The notes beneath the pieces were generated by a model. The model was not told where the DNA came from and did no database searches. It was given only the letters and a program-made list of their open reading frames with translations. DNA of 64,000 nucleotides from Caecitellus pseudoparvulus (lineage: Eukaryota; Protista; Bigyra: Bicosoecida): positions 496,001-560,000 of the forward strand of contig CBFFRQ010000089.1 in assembly GCA_965644315.1 (NCBI GenBank). The letters run 5' to 3'. Positions 30,701 to 42,600 of this stretch are shown piece by piece. Made by a program: the position numbers and the translations under genes. The stretch's first letter is position 1. Each line of letters starts with the position of its first letter.

Positions 30701-32538
30701 GCAGCACCGCCTGCAGAGCCTGCAGCCACGTGTCCACCTCTTCCACCGTCCGTGCCATGAACACGTACACGCGGCCAGACACCACCTTCAAGTGGAACTT
30801 CTTGCCCAATTTGCCAGTCTGGGGGTTGCGTGGCGCACCCACCGCGTAGAAAGACAGGAAAGGGATGGACGTGGGCAGCGTGCCAGCCTGGCGCTTCGCC
30901 TTGGACTCGAAGTAGTACAGTTGCCCGTCCTTGACGTTCAGGACGAAGTACCGTGTGCGGTACGCTGACATGAGGGAGTGCAGCATCTTGCTGTTCTTCT
31001 TCTTCAGCACGCCCTCCATGATCACGCCGTCGGCGTCCATGGTCAAGCCAGCGGGCAGCACCAGCTGCTGCATCTGCAGCCGCTGCACCGCCTCGGAGCG
31101 CTCCCGCAGCATTGCTCGCAGACGCCGGAAGGCCTTGAATGCACGCCACGCCGTCTGGATGCGCAGGATGGCCATGATGTGCCCCAGGTGCCGCTTGATG
31201 GTGCTGACCCACAGCGCCGCCTCCTCAGGCGTGTTGGCCAGCAGCTCCATGGTGCGCCCTGTGATAACTTTCACGTCGAAGCGGCGGCCCTCCTTCTTGT
31301 CCGTGTGGTGGTGCACTGCCAGGAACGTTTGGAAGCGCACCTTCTTGATGACGCCCTCCTGCATCGTGCGGGAGCCAGTCCAGAAAAACATGGCTTGGTA
31401 CGTCTGGCTCAACACATAGTACTTCTTGCGCCACCGCACCATGCGGTTGGCGCGCTTCTTGTGCAGCTCGCCCTCGATGATGACGCCTGAGGAAAAGTCC
31501 AGGCCAGCCACCTTGCCTGCCCCAGAGGAGGGGGGGGCGGGGGCCTTGGGCGGCGCGCCAGGCGCAGCAGGCGGCGCTGCAGCGCGCTTCTCATCAGCCG
31601 CCTTCTGGCACTCGGGGTGGCTGGCCACCCATTCTCGCAGGTGCTCTGCAACTTGAGTGTGCCCCTCTTCATTGGCGCTGTCCAGGGGGGTCTTGCCGTC
31701 CTTGGACACGAGCAGGGGGTTCCCCCCCAGCTTCAGCAACATCTTCACAGCATCCAAATGCCCACAGAAGCAAGCGTAGTGCATGGGGCTGTCGCCGTAC
31801 CCATCCTCCAAGTTCACAGACGCGCCATGGTTCAGCAGCCACTCGATGACGTGCACTTTGCCAGTGACACAGGACCGGTGCAGGGCTGTGAAGCCATCCT
31901 GTGCAAGGAGGAGACCAGCGGCGCCAGTGCCAAGCCGCGTTCACACACCAGCGACGCAGCCCGGCGCGGGGCCGCGGCACGCCTCCCACGCCAAGCAGAG
32001 CCTTGCATGCAAGAACAGGAGTGAGAGGCCCCACAGAGCAAGCGCGGGTGGGTCGCAGGTGCAAGCCACGCGTGCACATGTCGACGTGCAGGTGGTATCT
32101 GAAACCCCGCCGACTGCACTGGCGCGAAGAAGGAAGCACTCACGTTGTCGTGCGTGTCGATGTCTGCCCCTGTCTTCAGCAAGGCATCAAGTTCAGCCAA
32201 GTTCTCAGAGAAAGCAGCGTCACTCAGGCGCTGGCCGATCTGTGCACGCCAGGCAAGGAGCTCGGGCTCGTGTTGGCGCCGCAATGGAAATGGGCAGCAG
32301 CAGCTGCAGCCGCTCCAGCTTGCACTGCGACACAATGCTGCAGTACAAGACAGGCAATGGTGCCCTGACACACACACACAAGCTACTAATGGGCAGCTTG
32401 GCGCACTGGCGCAGCTGCATCCACCCACGCGATGCCAGGCCACGCGAGTTGGCATGGTGTGGTGCACTGCTTTGCTTCGGGGCACGAAATCCCGCGCTGA
32501 CTGACACGGCCAGGGGGCAAACGCACCTGCGTAGACAT
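27726..32538 (-). CDS. Multidomain fimbrin/plastin-like protein: ANK - PH - IQ - PH - IQ - IQ - coiled coil - 5xWW - 4xCH; exons 32538-32527, 32239-32144, 31898-27726
   Basis: ANK: DGFTALHRSC..G, YGDSPMHYAC..GH, DGKTPLDSA. PH1: EGELHKK...WRKKYYVL...EEAALW. PH2: EGVLKKK...YRTRYFVL...EEVDTW. IQ: IQTAWR, IQKTVR, IQSAQR. Five WW units. Fimbrin core: LRDGIVLTKVLN...DERVLN, LLRWMNYQL, EGTREVRMLRQWI, VENGNY, LVNVGGLDIVDG, LLWQLMR, ILAWAN, KYLISAARKIG, EDLVEVKPRM. Confidence 0.85.
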
Positions 32539-32866
32539 GGCCTAACGGGGAACTCCCTGGGGGTCTCTGCCACTACCTTGGCACTGCACCTGCTCAGGTG
32601 GCCACGGCGCTCGGCGTCAGCCGGGGGCGCGGGGTCAAGCTGAAACGTCGCTTGAACGCCTGCAGCGTGCTCCTGTGGAGCTCTGCTGGAGCATGCTGCA
32701 GCAGAGCAGTCCCACAGCGGGATGCAGATAGGCCCATTGTTTGTGTTTTGAGAACGGCCCGTCGGTCGCACTTGTCTCCGTGCATGGCTAGTGAGGCTCC
32801 CGCCTCCACTGCTCAGGTCCACTGGCCTTACAGCTGCACCCCACTTGCATGTGTGCATTGCGTCGC

Positions 32867-35800
32867 TCAGGACAGCTTCTGCGAGGAGTCTGACTTGTAC
32901 CCGCTCGTTTGCATGGGCAAGTAGTGCCCCGTGGACCACTTGCCGAGCAAGTTGTCGAACTGCTTGCTCAAGATGTTGCCGCTCTGGCCCAACGGGTTCA
33001 GGAAGCGGCTGCTCTGCAGGTCAGCCAAGTCGTACAGGCCGCGGTAGCTGGGGCCTGCAGATTGCACGAAGAGTGGCACGTCGTCATCTTCGTCCTCGTC
33101 ATCACCCTCGTCATCCTTGGGCTCGTCTCCGGACCGCAGCTGCGCAGCGTACGCCTGTGACGGCAGCTGGAACGCGCCGACGTTCACTGTGGACCAGTCT
33201 CCGCCATGCGCCACGCTGCGGTCAGCGAGGCACGCCAGGGGCGTCTGCCCCAAGATCGCGTGCGCAAACACAGCTGGGTGCACGCCTTTCCCCCAGTGCT
33301 GCACGGCAGCAGGCTTGTACACGACGCCGTCCTCCAAGGGCAGCTTGATGTCGCTGTCTGGGCTGCTCAGGCGGCCCTTCAACTGCGTCTCGAACTCAGC
33401 GGTGCGATCCAGAGCACGCGCAGCAAAGGCAGTGCAGGTAGCAAAGCCAAGCTTGGTGCAGGCGGGGTCGGTGGCGTTGCCAGCGTCGGAGTGCAGGGCG
33501 TTGTACAGGAAGCCAAACTGCACCCAGTGCTCGCCGCCTGCCTCCGCCGTCCCCAGCACTGTCAGCTCGGACACCAGATAGGCAAAGAGCACAGCCTCGC
33601 TGCTGCCGACACTCATGACTTGGTCCCATGCCAGCAGTTTCTGCTGCACTGAGCGCCCCCCCGCCGTCAGCTGTGACGCCTGCACCAGCGCGATGCCGCT
33701 GATGACATCTGCAGCAGCGTTGGACTTGTAGTCAGTTTGGATGGCCGCCATGCCGTCCAAGTCCAGCTTGAGCGTGGCGTTGTGTGGGTCGTTCTCGGAC
33801 ATGCTCACCACCATCTCGGTGATACGCTTGGCGCGGTAGCCGACAGACAGCGCATTCCAGCCCAGGTTATGCGGCGTGATGAAGTAGTGCGCATCGTAGG
33901 AGGGAGGGGTGACTTTGTTGTTAGCGGTGACAATGTAGCCTTTGGAGGGGTTCACAGAGGCAGGCAAGGCATCAAAGGGAATGCGTCCCTGCCACTCGTA
34001 CTCAGGCAGGCCTGTGCCAGGCACTGGGTACGCGCCGCTGTGCGAAGGGTGTCGGTGCGGCACCCACCCTGGCAGCTGGTACGCGATGTCTCCCGTCGTG
34101 GCGTCGGCAAAGATGAAGTTCTGGGACGGCGCGCCGTACAGGCGCAGGGCATTCCGCCACGCAGTGTAGTTGGCAGAGAAGTCCAGGCCCATGAAAGCAG
34201 ACATGGTGGTGTCTTGGATAGACAGGTCGGTGGACACCCAGCGCAGGGACATGGTGGCCCCGGCGGCCAGCGTGGCGTTGATGACGTCGTTGTCAGTGAC
34301 GACATTGCCGTAGTGGCTGCTGCGCACGTTGATGTGCACGTCCGCCTTGCCCTTCACCTTGATGACCTGGGGCGTCACTGCGTACGGCGTCCAGGTGCCA
34401 TTGAACCAGTACGACTGCCCACCTGAGGCGGTGTCGTTCATGACGTACAGGTCCTGCACATCAGCACCGGTATTTGTGACGGCCCACGAAATGCGGCTGT
34501 TGTGGCCGATCACAACGCCAGGCAGAATGGGGAAGGATGCGCCAATGATGTCAAAGGCTTCCTCCCCAGACGGGTTGGGGCCCGCAATGTGCAGGTGGTT
34601 CACGATCCAGATGCTGGGGGCGGACAGGGACAAGTGCGGGTCGTTGGCCATGAGGGGCTTGCCGTTCACTGTGCGGTTGCCATGCACCACCCAGTTGTTG
34701 CTGGCCTGGGCACGGGGGCCACCCCAGGATGCCTTGCCCGAAAACAGCGCCCCCTCCACGGTCAGTGCTTTGGGAGACAGCAGGTGCGATGCCAATGGCG
34801 CGACATCGCCCGTGAGCAAGGACCAGATGTACGCGCCGGCGAAGCGCAGGTGGGGCATGGCCCCCGCAAGGCCTGCCCCAGAGCCACAAGGCGTCTTCAC
34901 AGGACGCGCCCGCAACGCCTGCGAAATGCGCTCTGACAGGGTTGCTTGGGCAGCTGCGGGGGTCGGAGGAGCCTCCGGCACTCCGGGGGCGCCTGGCACG
35001 CCTGCCGCTGTGCGCTCTGCTGCGAGCTCCCGAAGAATGCGCGCTGCTTCCTCGTCCGCTTGCTTACCAGGGGCGGGCGTGGATGCGCCCTTCAGTGCGG
35101 CAGGGGGGATGGGCAGCAAGTCGCCCTCGTCCAGCACGGTGGGGAAGCGGTCAGTCTGGTACCACGGCATGAGCTGCTCGATGCGGGAGGTGGTGAGGTT
35201 GCGCCCCACCAGGAGATAGTGGCGGGTTTTCTCCCTGCTCCAGTTCTCGGACAGGTCGAAAGACATGAGCTTTGCCCACACCATGCTGTCTGCGCGGGTG
35301 AAGTGTGAGGGCTTCACGCCAAGCAACTTCATCTCGAACGGGAGGGCGGCCTTGGCACTGTCGATGTACGCGTTCACCCCAGCGAGGTACCCGTCCACCA
35401 TCTCTGCCGCAACAGGGGTGGTATCCAGGAGCTTGGCGGCGGCTTCAGCTGCTGGCAGCACGCCCAGCGTGCGCATGAACTTGTCAATCTTCAGGCCACC
35501 TTCGCCGACAGCCTCCGACAGTGTGCCGCGGCCCACTCGGCGCTGGAAGTCCATCTGCCACAGGCGGTACTGTGCGTGGGCGACGCCCTGCGCGAACACA
35601 GCGTCGTGGAGGTTGTCGGCGGTGATGTGGAACATGCCGCTGTCCTCCCGGTGAATGGTGGCGCCGCTGCGCATGCCGGGCAGCTTCAGCTCCCCTGCCA
35701 AGTCCGGCAAGGTGGTGGCGTACAGGTCTGCCGTGATGATGGCCAGGGACCACATGGCCACTGTGGAGAGCGCAAGGAGGCCGAAGACGACCCAGAAGGC

Positions 35801-36238
35801 AACCCGGGCCACGATCGTGCACGGAGTCGGCTCGTCTTGGCAGTTGCACCAGGTGCAGCACGTCCGGCCGCCGGAACTGACGCTGGAAGCAGGTGCATAA
35901 GGGTTGCCGGGGATCAGGGCGTGCGTCCCGCCGATGTCGGGCGTCTCAGCCAGCGCGCTGTCAGTGTGCGCTGCATAGCCATCCGATGTTGCTCCTGCCT
36001 TGCTCCCGGGGGTGTAGCAAACGTAGTCGCCAGGGCGCGCCCTGCAGATGAGGAAGGACCAGACGCCGGACAGGAAGGTGAGCAGCAGAGTTACGCCACC
36101 CAGAACGCCCAACAAGATGGCCAGCCCCTGGCACAAGTCTGAGGTGTGGAAAGGGCACGTGCTGCGGATATTGCTCAAGCAAGCTTCCTTTGCCCTGACA
36201 CCACGCACGGCTTTGCTGTTCCCACCCTGCTGCTGCAT
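32867..36238 (-). CDS. Penicillin acylase / acyl-homoserine-lactone acylase family Ntn-hydrolase (peptidase S45) with N-terminal membrane anchors
   Basis: Alpha-subunit motifs: IHREDSGMFHITA...AVFAQGVAHAQYRLWQMDFQRRVGRGTLSE and DKFMRTLG. The beta subunit starts SNNWVVHG...GKPLMANDPHL, with the nucleophile Ser codon at 34700-34702. Also NTGADVQDLY, NPSKGYIVTANN, YRAKRI, GPSYR..YDL and GQSG. The start at 36238 and a possible short first intron are uncertain. Confidence 0.9.
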   Translation of the reverse strand: MQQQGGNSKAVRGVRAKEACLSNIRSTCPFHTSDLCQGLAILLGVLGGVTLLLTFLSGVWSFLICRARPGDYVCYTPGSKAGATSDGYAAHTDSALAETPDIGGTHALIPGNPYAPASSVSSGGRTCCTWCNCQDEPTPCTIVARVAFWVVFGLLALSTVAMWSLAIITADLYATTLPDLAGELKLPGMRSGATIHREDSGMFHITADNLHDAVFAQGVAHAQYRLWQMDFQRRVGRGTLSEAVGEGGLKIDKFMRTLGVLPAAEAAAKLLDTTPVAAEMVDGYLAGVNAYIDSAKAALPFEMKLLGVKPSHFTRADSMVWAKLMSFDLSENWSREKTRHYLLVGRNLTTSRIEQLMPWYQTDRFPTVLDEGDLLPIPPAALKGASTPAPGKQADEEAARILRELAAERTAAGVPGAPGVPEAPPTPAAAQATLSERISQALRARPVKTPCGSGAGLAGAMPHLRFAGAYIWSLLTGDVAPLASHLLSPKALTVEGALFSGKASWGGPRAQASNNWVVHGNRTVNGKPLMANDPHLSLSAPSIWIVNHLHIAGPNPSGEEAFDIIGASFPILPGVVIGHNSRISWAVTNTGADVQDLYVMNDTASGGQSYWFNGTWTPYAVTPQVIKVKGKADVHINVRSSHYGNVVTDNDVINATLAAGATMSLRWVSTDLSIQDTTMSAFMGLDFSANYTAWRNALRLYGAPSQNFIFADATTGDIAYQLPGWVPHRHPSHSGAYPVPGTGLPEYEWQGRIPFDALPASVNPSKGYIVTANNKVTPPSYDAHYFITPHNLGWNALSVGYRAKRITEMVVSMSENDPHNATLKLDLDGMAAIQTDYKSNAAADVISGIALVQASQLTAGGRSVQQKLLAWDQVMSVGSSEAVLFAYLVSELTVLGTAEAGGEHWVQFGFLYNALHSDAGNATDPACTKLGFATCTAFAARALDRTAEFETQLKGRLSSPDSDIKLPLEDGVVYKPAAVQHWGKGVHPAVFAHAILGQTPLACLADRSVAHGGDWSTVNVGAFQLPSQAYAAQLRSGDEPKDDEGDDEDEDDDVPLFVQSAGPSYRGLYDLADLQSSRFLNPLGQSGNILSKQFDNLLGKWSTGHYLPMQTSGYKSDSSQKLS

Positions 36239-36501
36239 AACCAGTCGCGGCACAGGAAATGGTGAAGATGATGAGGAGAAGCACGAACTGGGCCCGGTGG
36301 GTGTACCAGCCGCACTTGGGCGCCGTGTCATGCACAGACGCCATTCCCGGCAAAGAGCGGAGCCGTGCCTGAGATTCTCAGCCAGTGTAAGTGCACCCGA
36401 CTGCCGGACGGCATGGCAGTGCGCGCGCATGCCAATCGAGGTCATGTACCGGGGTGAGGGCTGCATTAGAAGTGTCCGCCGCGCCGGGCTGGCTCCCCTC
36501 C

Positions 36502-39179
36502 TCACGCCTGACGCGCTCGCAGCTTGTCGTAGAAGCCTGTGAAGTCAAACTGCAGCAGCAGGAAGCGGAACGCCTCCAGCTCCTGCCCGCCCATTTCCAG
36601 AACACCCAACAGCTCAATCATGCGCTGGCGGTAGCCCTGCAGGCACTCTCCCAGTGTCTCCTCGAACTCCTCGGCCATGTCCATGAGTTCGTCCGAAACA
36701 TCGGCGCCGTCCTCCCGCTGAGAACTCACAACCAGGCGCAGGGCACTGGTGTAAAGCTGCTCCTGCTCCGCGATGAACATGAGCACCTCCTCCAGCAGCG
36801 CGTTGATGTAGGGGCCGATGAACGACGTGCGGCCCTCCAGGCACGCCCGCGCCAGGATGCGCTTCAGGTACTGCTCGTGGGCTTGCACAAGCCCGGCCAA
36901 GTCCAAGCCATGGGCTGGCGATCCACCCTCTCCCGCCCCCGCCAAGTCGGGGTGCTCCAGGCCCGATGCCGCTGCCGCCAGCACAGCTGCTGCTGCCGTT
37001 GGTGTACCTGCGGCAGCACCTCGGCGCGTTGGCTGCGGGGACGTGGGGACTGGCCCCCACCCATCCCCTGCTGTGTCGGCGGGGGCAGGGGCGACGCTGG
37101 TTTCCGCTGCAGGTGGCTGCAGCACCTCGACCAGCTTGCCCCACGCAGTCTCCAGCACCTCGAACATGACATAAGACGACAGGCTCTGCACAAAGGCTTG
37201 CATGTCGGCACGCATGAGGTGGCAGCGGTGCAGGATGCCAGACAGCTCCGGGAAGGTGCTGAGGGTGTGGCTGGCTGTGGCGTTGCGGCACCATGTCGCT
37301 GCGAGGGCATGCTCCACCCGCTTCAGTCGCCAGAGAAACTTGAAGATGCGGGTGTACACAGCCAGGGCCGATGGCGTGACGACAGAGGCAAGGGGCTGGT
37401 CCAAAGTGTACGTGAGGCTGAAGATGTCCCAGCCCGTGTCGCCGTCGTGGGCCGTGTGCAGCTTCACTCCCAGGCGGTCCAGCACATCGGCTTCCTGTTG
37501 CACGGCATTGGAGGACCGCACAGCACCCTCCAGCACGCCCAGCAGGTGGTGCGTTGAAGTGCTCACCTCCGCAGCTGGGCGGTTCAGGAGCGGCGTCAGG
37601 TCAGAAATGAGCTGTGAGACAAAGTCACCCGCTCCCAGCAGCAGGAAAGACTTGAGGGCAGCCAAGTGCGTCATGAGGCTGTGCCGCTTGAACACGAGGT
37701 GCATGGTGTGGGAGTTGGCAGGAATGACGGCACGCTGCAGCATGCTGCGCAGAGACCACTCAGCTTCCAGCCCTGCTGCAGCCAGGGCACTAGCACGGAG
37801 GGAGGCAGTGCTTGGGTCGTGGCCCACTTCGCCCAGCATGCGGCTGGCGCGGGTCTCGTATGCCCACTCGCCGTCGCCACAGTGCTTGGAGATGAAGTGC
37901 ACGCTGCGGCCCAGCAACAGCACCGCCTGAGCTGTGGGGCCGTCCATGAAGCTGGGCACTTGGCTGGGCACCACCACGTACTCCACCGTCTGGCCAGCCC
38001 TCCCTGTCACCTCTTGCCGGGCCAGGAACAGGTCCTCCCCCGGGTCCACGACCTCCCCAACCACACACCAGTGTTGCAGAGCGCGGTAGAAGGGCACAGA
38101 CGCTGCACGCAACAAGCGTGCTGCCTGTGCCGCCACGTCGGGGTCCCCACTCTGCGTGTGGCGGTACAGGGAGCTGAGCAGGGCACCCCCCTTCATGCCT
38201 GCGGCATCCTCCAGCATGACTACCAGCTGCCGCAGAGCGCGGCGAGGACCGCGCAGCCACACGTGCAGACGGCGCAACGTCACACTGCCATCGCCCCGGT
38301 GCTGGGCCTCCAGCGCCGCCACCAGTCGGTGGTACTCCCCAGCTTCCACCTGCACTGCGGAACACAGGGCAGATGCAATGGCAGAGCCAGCAGCCGTGGC
38401 GTGCGCTTCTGCAGCACCCAGCTGCTCCTGCAAGCGCCGGAACAGCCAGCCACACTCGCCCACCGCCATAACCAAGCGTGCCGTTGGACCTGGCAGGCCC
38501 CCTGTCGCTGGCGTGGGCACATAGGCGCCTCGTGCCTCATCCCACGCAACCAAGGCACCGTCCACGCCCTGAAGCACTGCCAGCAGATCGCGCACGAGAA
38601 GGCTTTCTGAAGCAGGGGTCAACTGGAAGGCTTGCTGACGCTCTGATTCAGTGGCTGGGTGTGTCGCATGGCTGCTCTGCATCACGGATGCCGCTGGAGC
38701 TGCTGCCTGCTGAGCAGGTGCAGGCGGGTGTGCCCCAGGGAGAGACGGCGGCGCGGGGACTGGCGCTGCTTGGAGGCTCAAGGCAAATGATGACGAGTCG
38801 TGATCTTGAGATAACAAAAACATAGTGCCAACGAAGCTCCTGCGGCGACCCAACAAGCCGGCGGCGGCGTGCTGTGGCGAGGCCTGTACTGTGGCGTTTC
38901 AAACGGCACCACGCACCTTGCTCCACGAAACGCTGGCGCAGCGGACAAAAAACGGCGCTGCACGGCAGAGGTGGACCTGCTCGTGTGTCCCAGTTTGCTT
39001 GCTTCCGCGATGCAGCGCTGCATGAGGGCCCCGATGTCCTCCTGCTGCGACAGCCTTGCAGCAGGCAGCGTGGCCAGCAAGGTCAGCCAGAAGTGCTCCT
39101 GGGCGCCATCCCACGCCGTCACAAAGCGACGGGCCAACTGCCGCAGGAGGCTGGTGATCAAAGGGCCCTGATCAGACAT
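36502..39179 (-). CDS. TUBGCP3: Gamma-tubulin complex component 3 (Spc98/GCP3); at least one intron near the 5' end (boundaries not resolved)
   Basis: ESLLVRDLLAVLQGVDG, GECGWLF, EYHRLVAALE, TLRRLHVW, KGGALLS..Y..TQSGDP, HLAALKSFLLLGAGDF, LEGAVRSSNA, GWDIFSLTY, Y.RIFKFLWRLKRVE, YVMFEVLE.AW and C-terminal LQFDFTGFY. Confidence 0.85.
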
Positions 39180-39629
39180 GACCACTGCACAGGCTGGGTG
39201 CCGGGGCCGCAACTCGAGAGGCAGAGCAGCCCACGAGTTGGGGGATGGTCAGGCACAAACGGGCTCGAGGTAGGCAGCAGGCGCTCCGAAGGGGGGGGGG
39301 CACAAGCACATGCTCGGCCAGCAGTGGAGCTGCAGTGTCCTGACAAGAGTGCTGTTCACGCACTTTTGCCGCAAATTCACTCCACCGTCGGCACTCGCTC
39401 GAGCTGCCTTCACCCCCTCTGCCACACCAGCAAGTTCCGCACTCTTCATCCAGCCCAGCCTGGACTGCCGTCGTTGCCCTTTTGTTCGGGCCCAGCACGA
39501 AGGAATTTCATCATGTTGGGGAATACACGTGTGTGCCGGGCCCTCTTGCCCATGGGCCACCTGCGCCTCACACGCACAAACACACACCACTTCGCAGTGA
39601 GCCGTGCCAGGGCTGCTGCTTCAGCGGCC

Positions 39630-42600
39630 ATGCAACGTCACTCAGCGGTACGTGGTTGTTCATGCGGTGTCAGCAGGCATTTATTGGCTTTTCCCGACGG
39701 TCACATGGCGCTGCAGCTGTCGTTGGGGCGTTCCGTGATGCCTGTGCTGCCCCGCAGCCACGGCGTGTTTCGGCGTCGCGGTGGAAGTGTTGCACCGTGT
39801 TTGTGCCTGCCGTGGTCCCCTGCCCAGTATACCAGCGCGCGCCCCCTCACCTGCCCCTGCCTCTGCGCACGTGCCATGTGTGCTGTGCCTGGCTTGCCTC
39901 CAGTTAGGCAAGGCGGCAGTTGCCGCGGCTGGGCTTCCGCAGGTGCAGAGGCGAAACTCCGCTTGGCACACGCACACGCCCTCACTGCTCCCCCACTCGC
40001 GCCGCCACTCCGCAGGGCGCCAGCACCTGGCGCACCGCCGCGAGGAGTATGGCTTCATCCACGGATGGCGCTGCGCACCCCTCTGAGGCATTCCTGTCAG
40101 GCACCAACAGCGTGTACATGGAGGAGATGTACCGTCTGTGGCGCAGTGACCCCAAGGCTGTGCACGCCAGCTGGAACGCGTACTTCAAGAACGTGGACGC
40201 CGGTCTGGGCCCTGGGCAGGCCTACACGCCTCCCCCCACGCTGCAGCCGGGTGTCAAGTCCGTGCCGGCGGCAGCGCCCGCTGCCGGGGCAGGTGGCGCC
40301 TCCTACGACAAGATCCGTGTCATGCACATGCTGCGGGCATTCCAAGTGCGGGGGCACGAGGAGGCAAACCTGGACCCCTTGGGCATCGCCGGCCGGGACA
40401 CTGTGCCAGAGCTGGACCCTGCCCACTATGGCTTCTCCGAAGCTGACCTGGACAAGACCTTGGACACCACCGGCTTCGCTGGCATCAAGGGCTTCATGGG
40501 CGTGGACGACTCCGCCACGCTGCGCGAGCTGCTGGGCAAGCTGCGCACAACGTACTGCGGCACGGTGGGCTGGCAGTACATGCACATCACCAGCCGGGAG
40601 AAGTGCAACTGGCTGCGGGAGCGCATCGAGCTGGCAGCGCCCCACACGTACCCTGCCGAGACCAAGAAGCTGATCTTGGATCGCCTCGCGTACGCTGACC
40701 AGTTTGAGCACTTCCTGGCCAACAAGTACGCCACTGCCAAGCGCTTTGGGCTGGAGGGCGTGGAGAGCCTCATCCCGGGCATCAAGGCACTCATCGACCG
40801 CTCAACACAGCACGGCGTGCGGAATGTGGTTGTGGGCATGCCCCACCGCGGGCGCCTGAACGTCCTCACCAACGTCATCCGCAAGCCAGCCGAGGTCATC
40901 TTCAAGGAGTTCGCAGGCACCAACGTGGATGTGGAGGAGTACCACAGCAGCCTGGCCTCTGGCAGCTGGCAGTGGACGGGGGATGTCAAGTACCACCTTG
41001 GCACGAGCTACGACCGCACGTACCCTGATGGGCGCGCGGTGCACCTGTCCCTGGTGGCCAATCCGTCTCACTTGGAGACTGTGAACCCCGTCGTGGTGGG
41101 CAAGGCCCGTGCCAAGATGGACTTGGAGGGCGACGCCTCTGGCAAGCACACGCTGCCCCTCCTCATGCACGGTGATGCGGCCTTCGCCGGGCAGGGGGTG
41201 GTGTACGAGACCTTGCAGATGGCGCGTCTGCCTGGCTACCAGAGCGGCGGCACCGTGCACATCATCGCCAACAACCAGGTGGGCTTCACGACTGACTCGT
41301 CTGACGCCCGCTCCACGCGGTACGCCAGTGACCTGGGCAAGGCCTTCGAGGTGCCGGTGTTCCACGTGAACGCGGATGACCCCGAGGCTGTGCAGCGTGC
41401 CTTCGAGATCGCTGCAGACTACCGTGCCGCCTTCAACGAAGACGTCATCATCGACCTCATTGGATACCGCCGCCATGGGCACAACGAGATGGACCAGCCG
41501 CGTTTCACACAGCCCGCCATGTACAAGGTCATCGACAAGCACCCCTCTGCCCTGAAGCAGTACGGGCAGAAGCTCGTGGACGACGGCACGGTCACGCAGG
41601 AGGAGCTGGACAGCATGATCAAGGCCGTGAACACCAACTACAGCGAGGCCTTCGAGGCGTCCAAGACGTACGAGAGCAAGGACACGGACTGGCTGTCCAC
41701 GCGGTGGAAGGGCTTCTTCCGCCCCAACCAGGTGTCCAAGGTGCGCTACACGGGCGTGGAGCCAGCAGAGCTGCAGACTGTGGCCAAGGGCTTGACTGCC
41801 CTGCCTGAGGACTTCCAGCTGCACTCCCAGCTCAAGAAGATCCTGAAGGTCAAGGCTGACGCGCTGGAGGCAGGCACTGGCATTGACTGGGCCACGGCAG
41901 AGGCGCTGGCCTTCGGCACCCTCCTGCGTGAGGGCAAGAACGTGCGCCTGTCTGGGCAAGACGTGCGCCGAGGCACCTTCTCGCACCGCCACGCGACCAT
42001 GTTCGACCAGAAGACGGGGGCTCCCTACACGCCTCTGAACCACCTGCACGAGCAAGACGGCAAGGAGCAGGGCCAGGCCCACGTGTACAACTCCTTCCTC
42101 TCGGAGTACGGCGTGCTGGGCTTCGAGACGGGGTACTCCTTGGAGGACCCCAACCAGCTGGTGCTGTGGGAGGCGCAGTTCGGCGACTTCGTCAACGGCG
42201 CCCAGATCATCATCGACCAGTACATTTCCTCCGGCGAGGCCAAGTGGCGCAGGCAATGCGGCTTGACCATGCTGCTGCCCCACGGCTACGACGGCCAGGG
42301 GCCGGAGCACTCCTCCTCCCGCTTCGAGCGCTTCCTGCAGGCCATGGACACGGACGAGGACGAAGTGCCCGCCGACATGTCTGAGGACGCCCGCCTGCAG
42401 ATCCAGCACGCCAACATGCAGGTGGTGAACTGCTCCACCCCCGCCAACTACTTCCACGTGCTGCGCCGGCAGATCCACCGCGACTTCCGCAAGCCCCTCG
42501 TGGTGGTGTCGCCCAAGGCCCTCCTGCGCCTGCGCAAGTGCACCAGCAGCATCGCGGACTTCGAGACTGGCACCAAGTTCTGCCGTGTCATCCCTGACGA

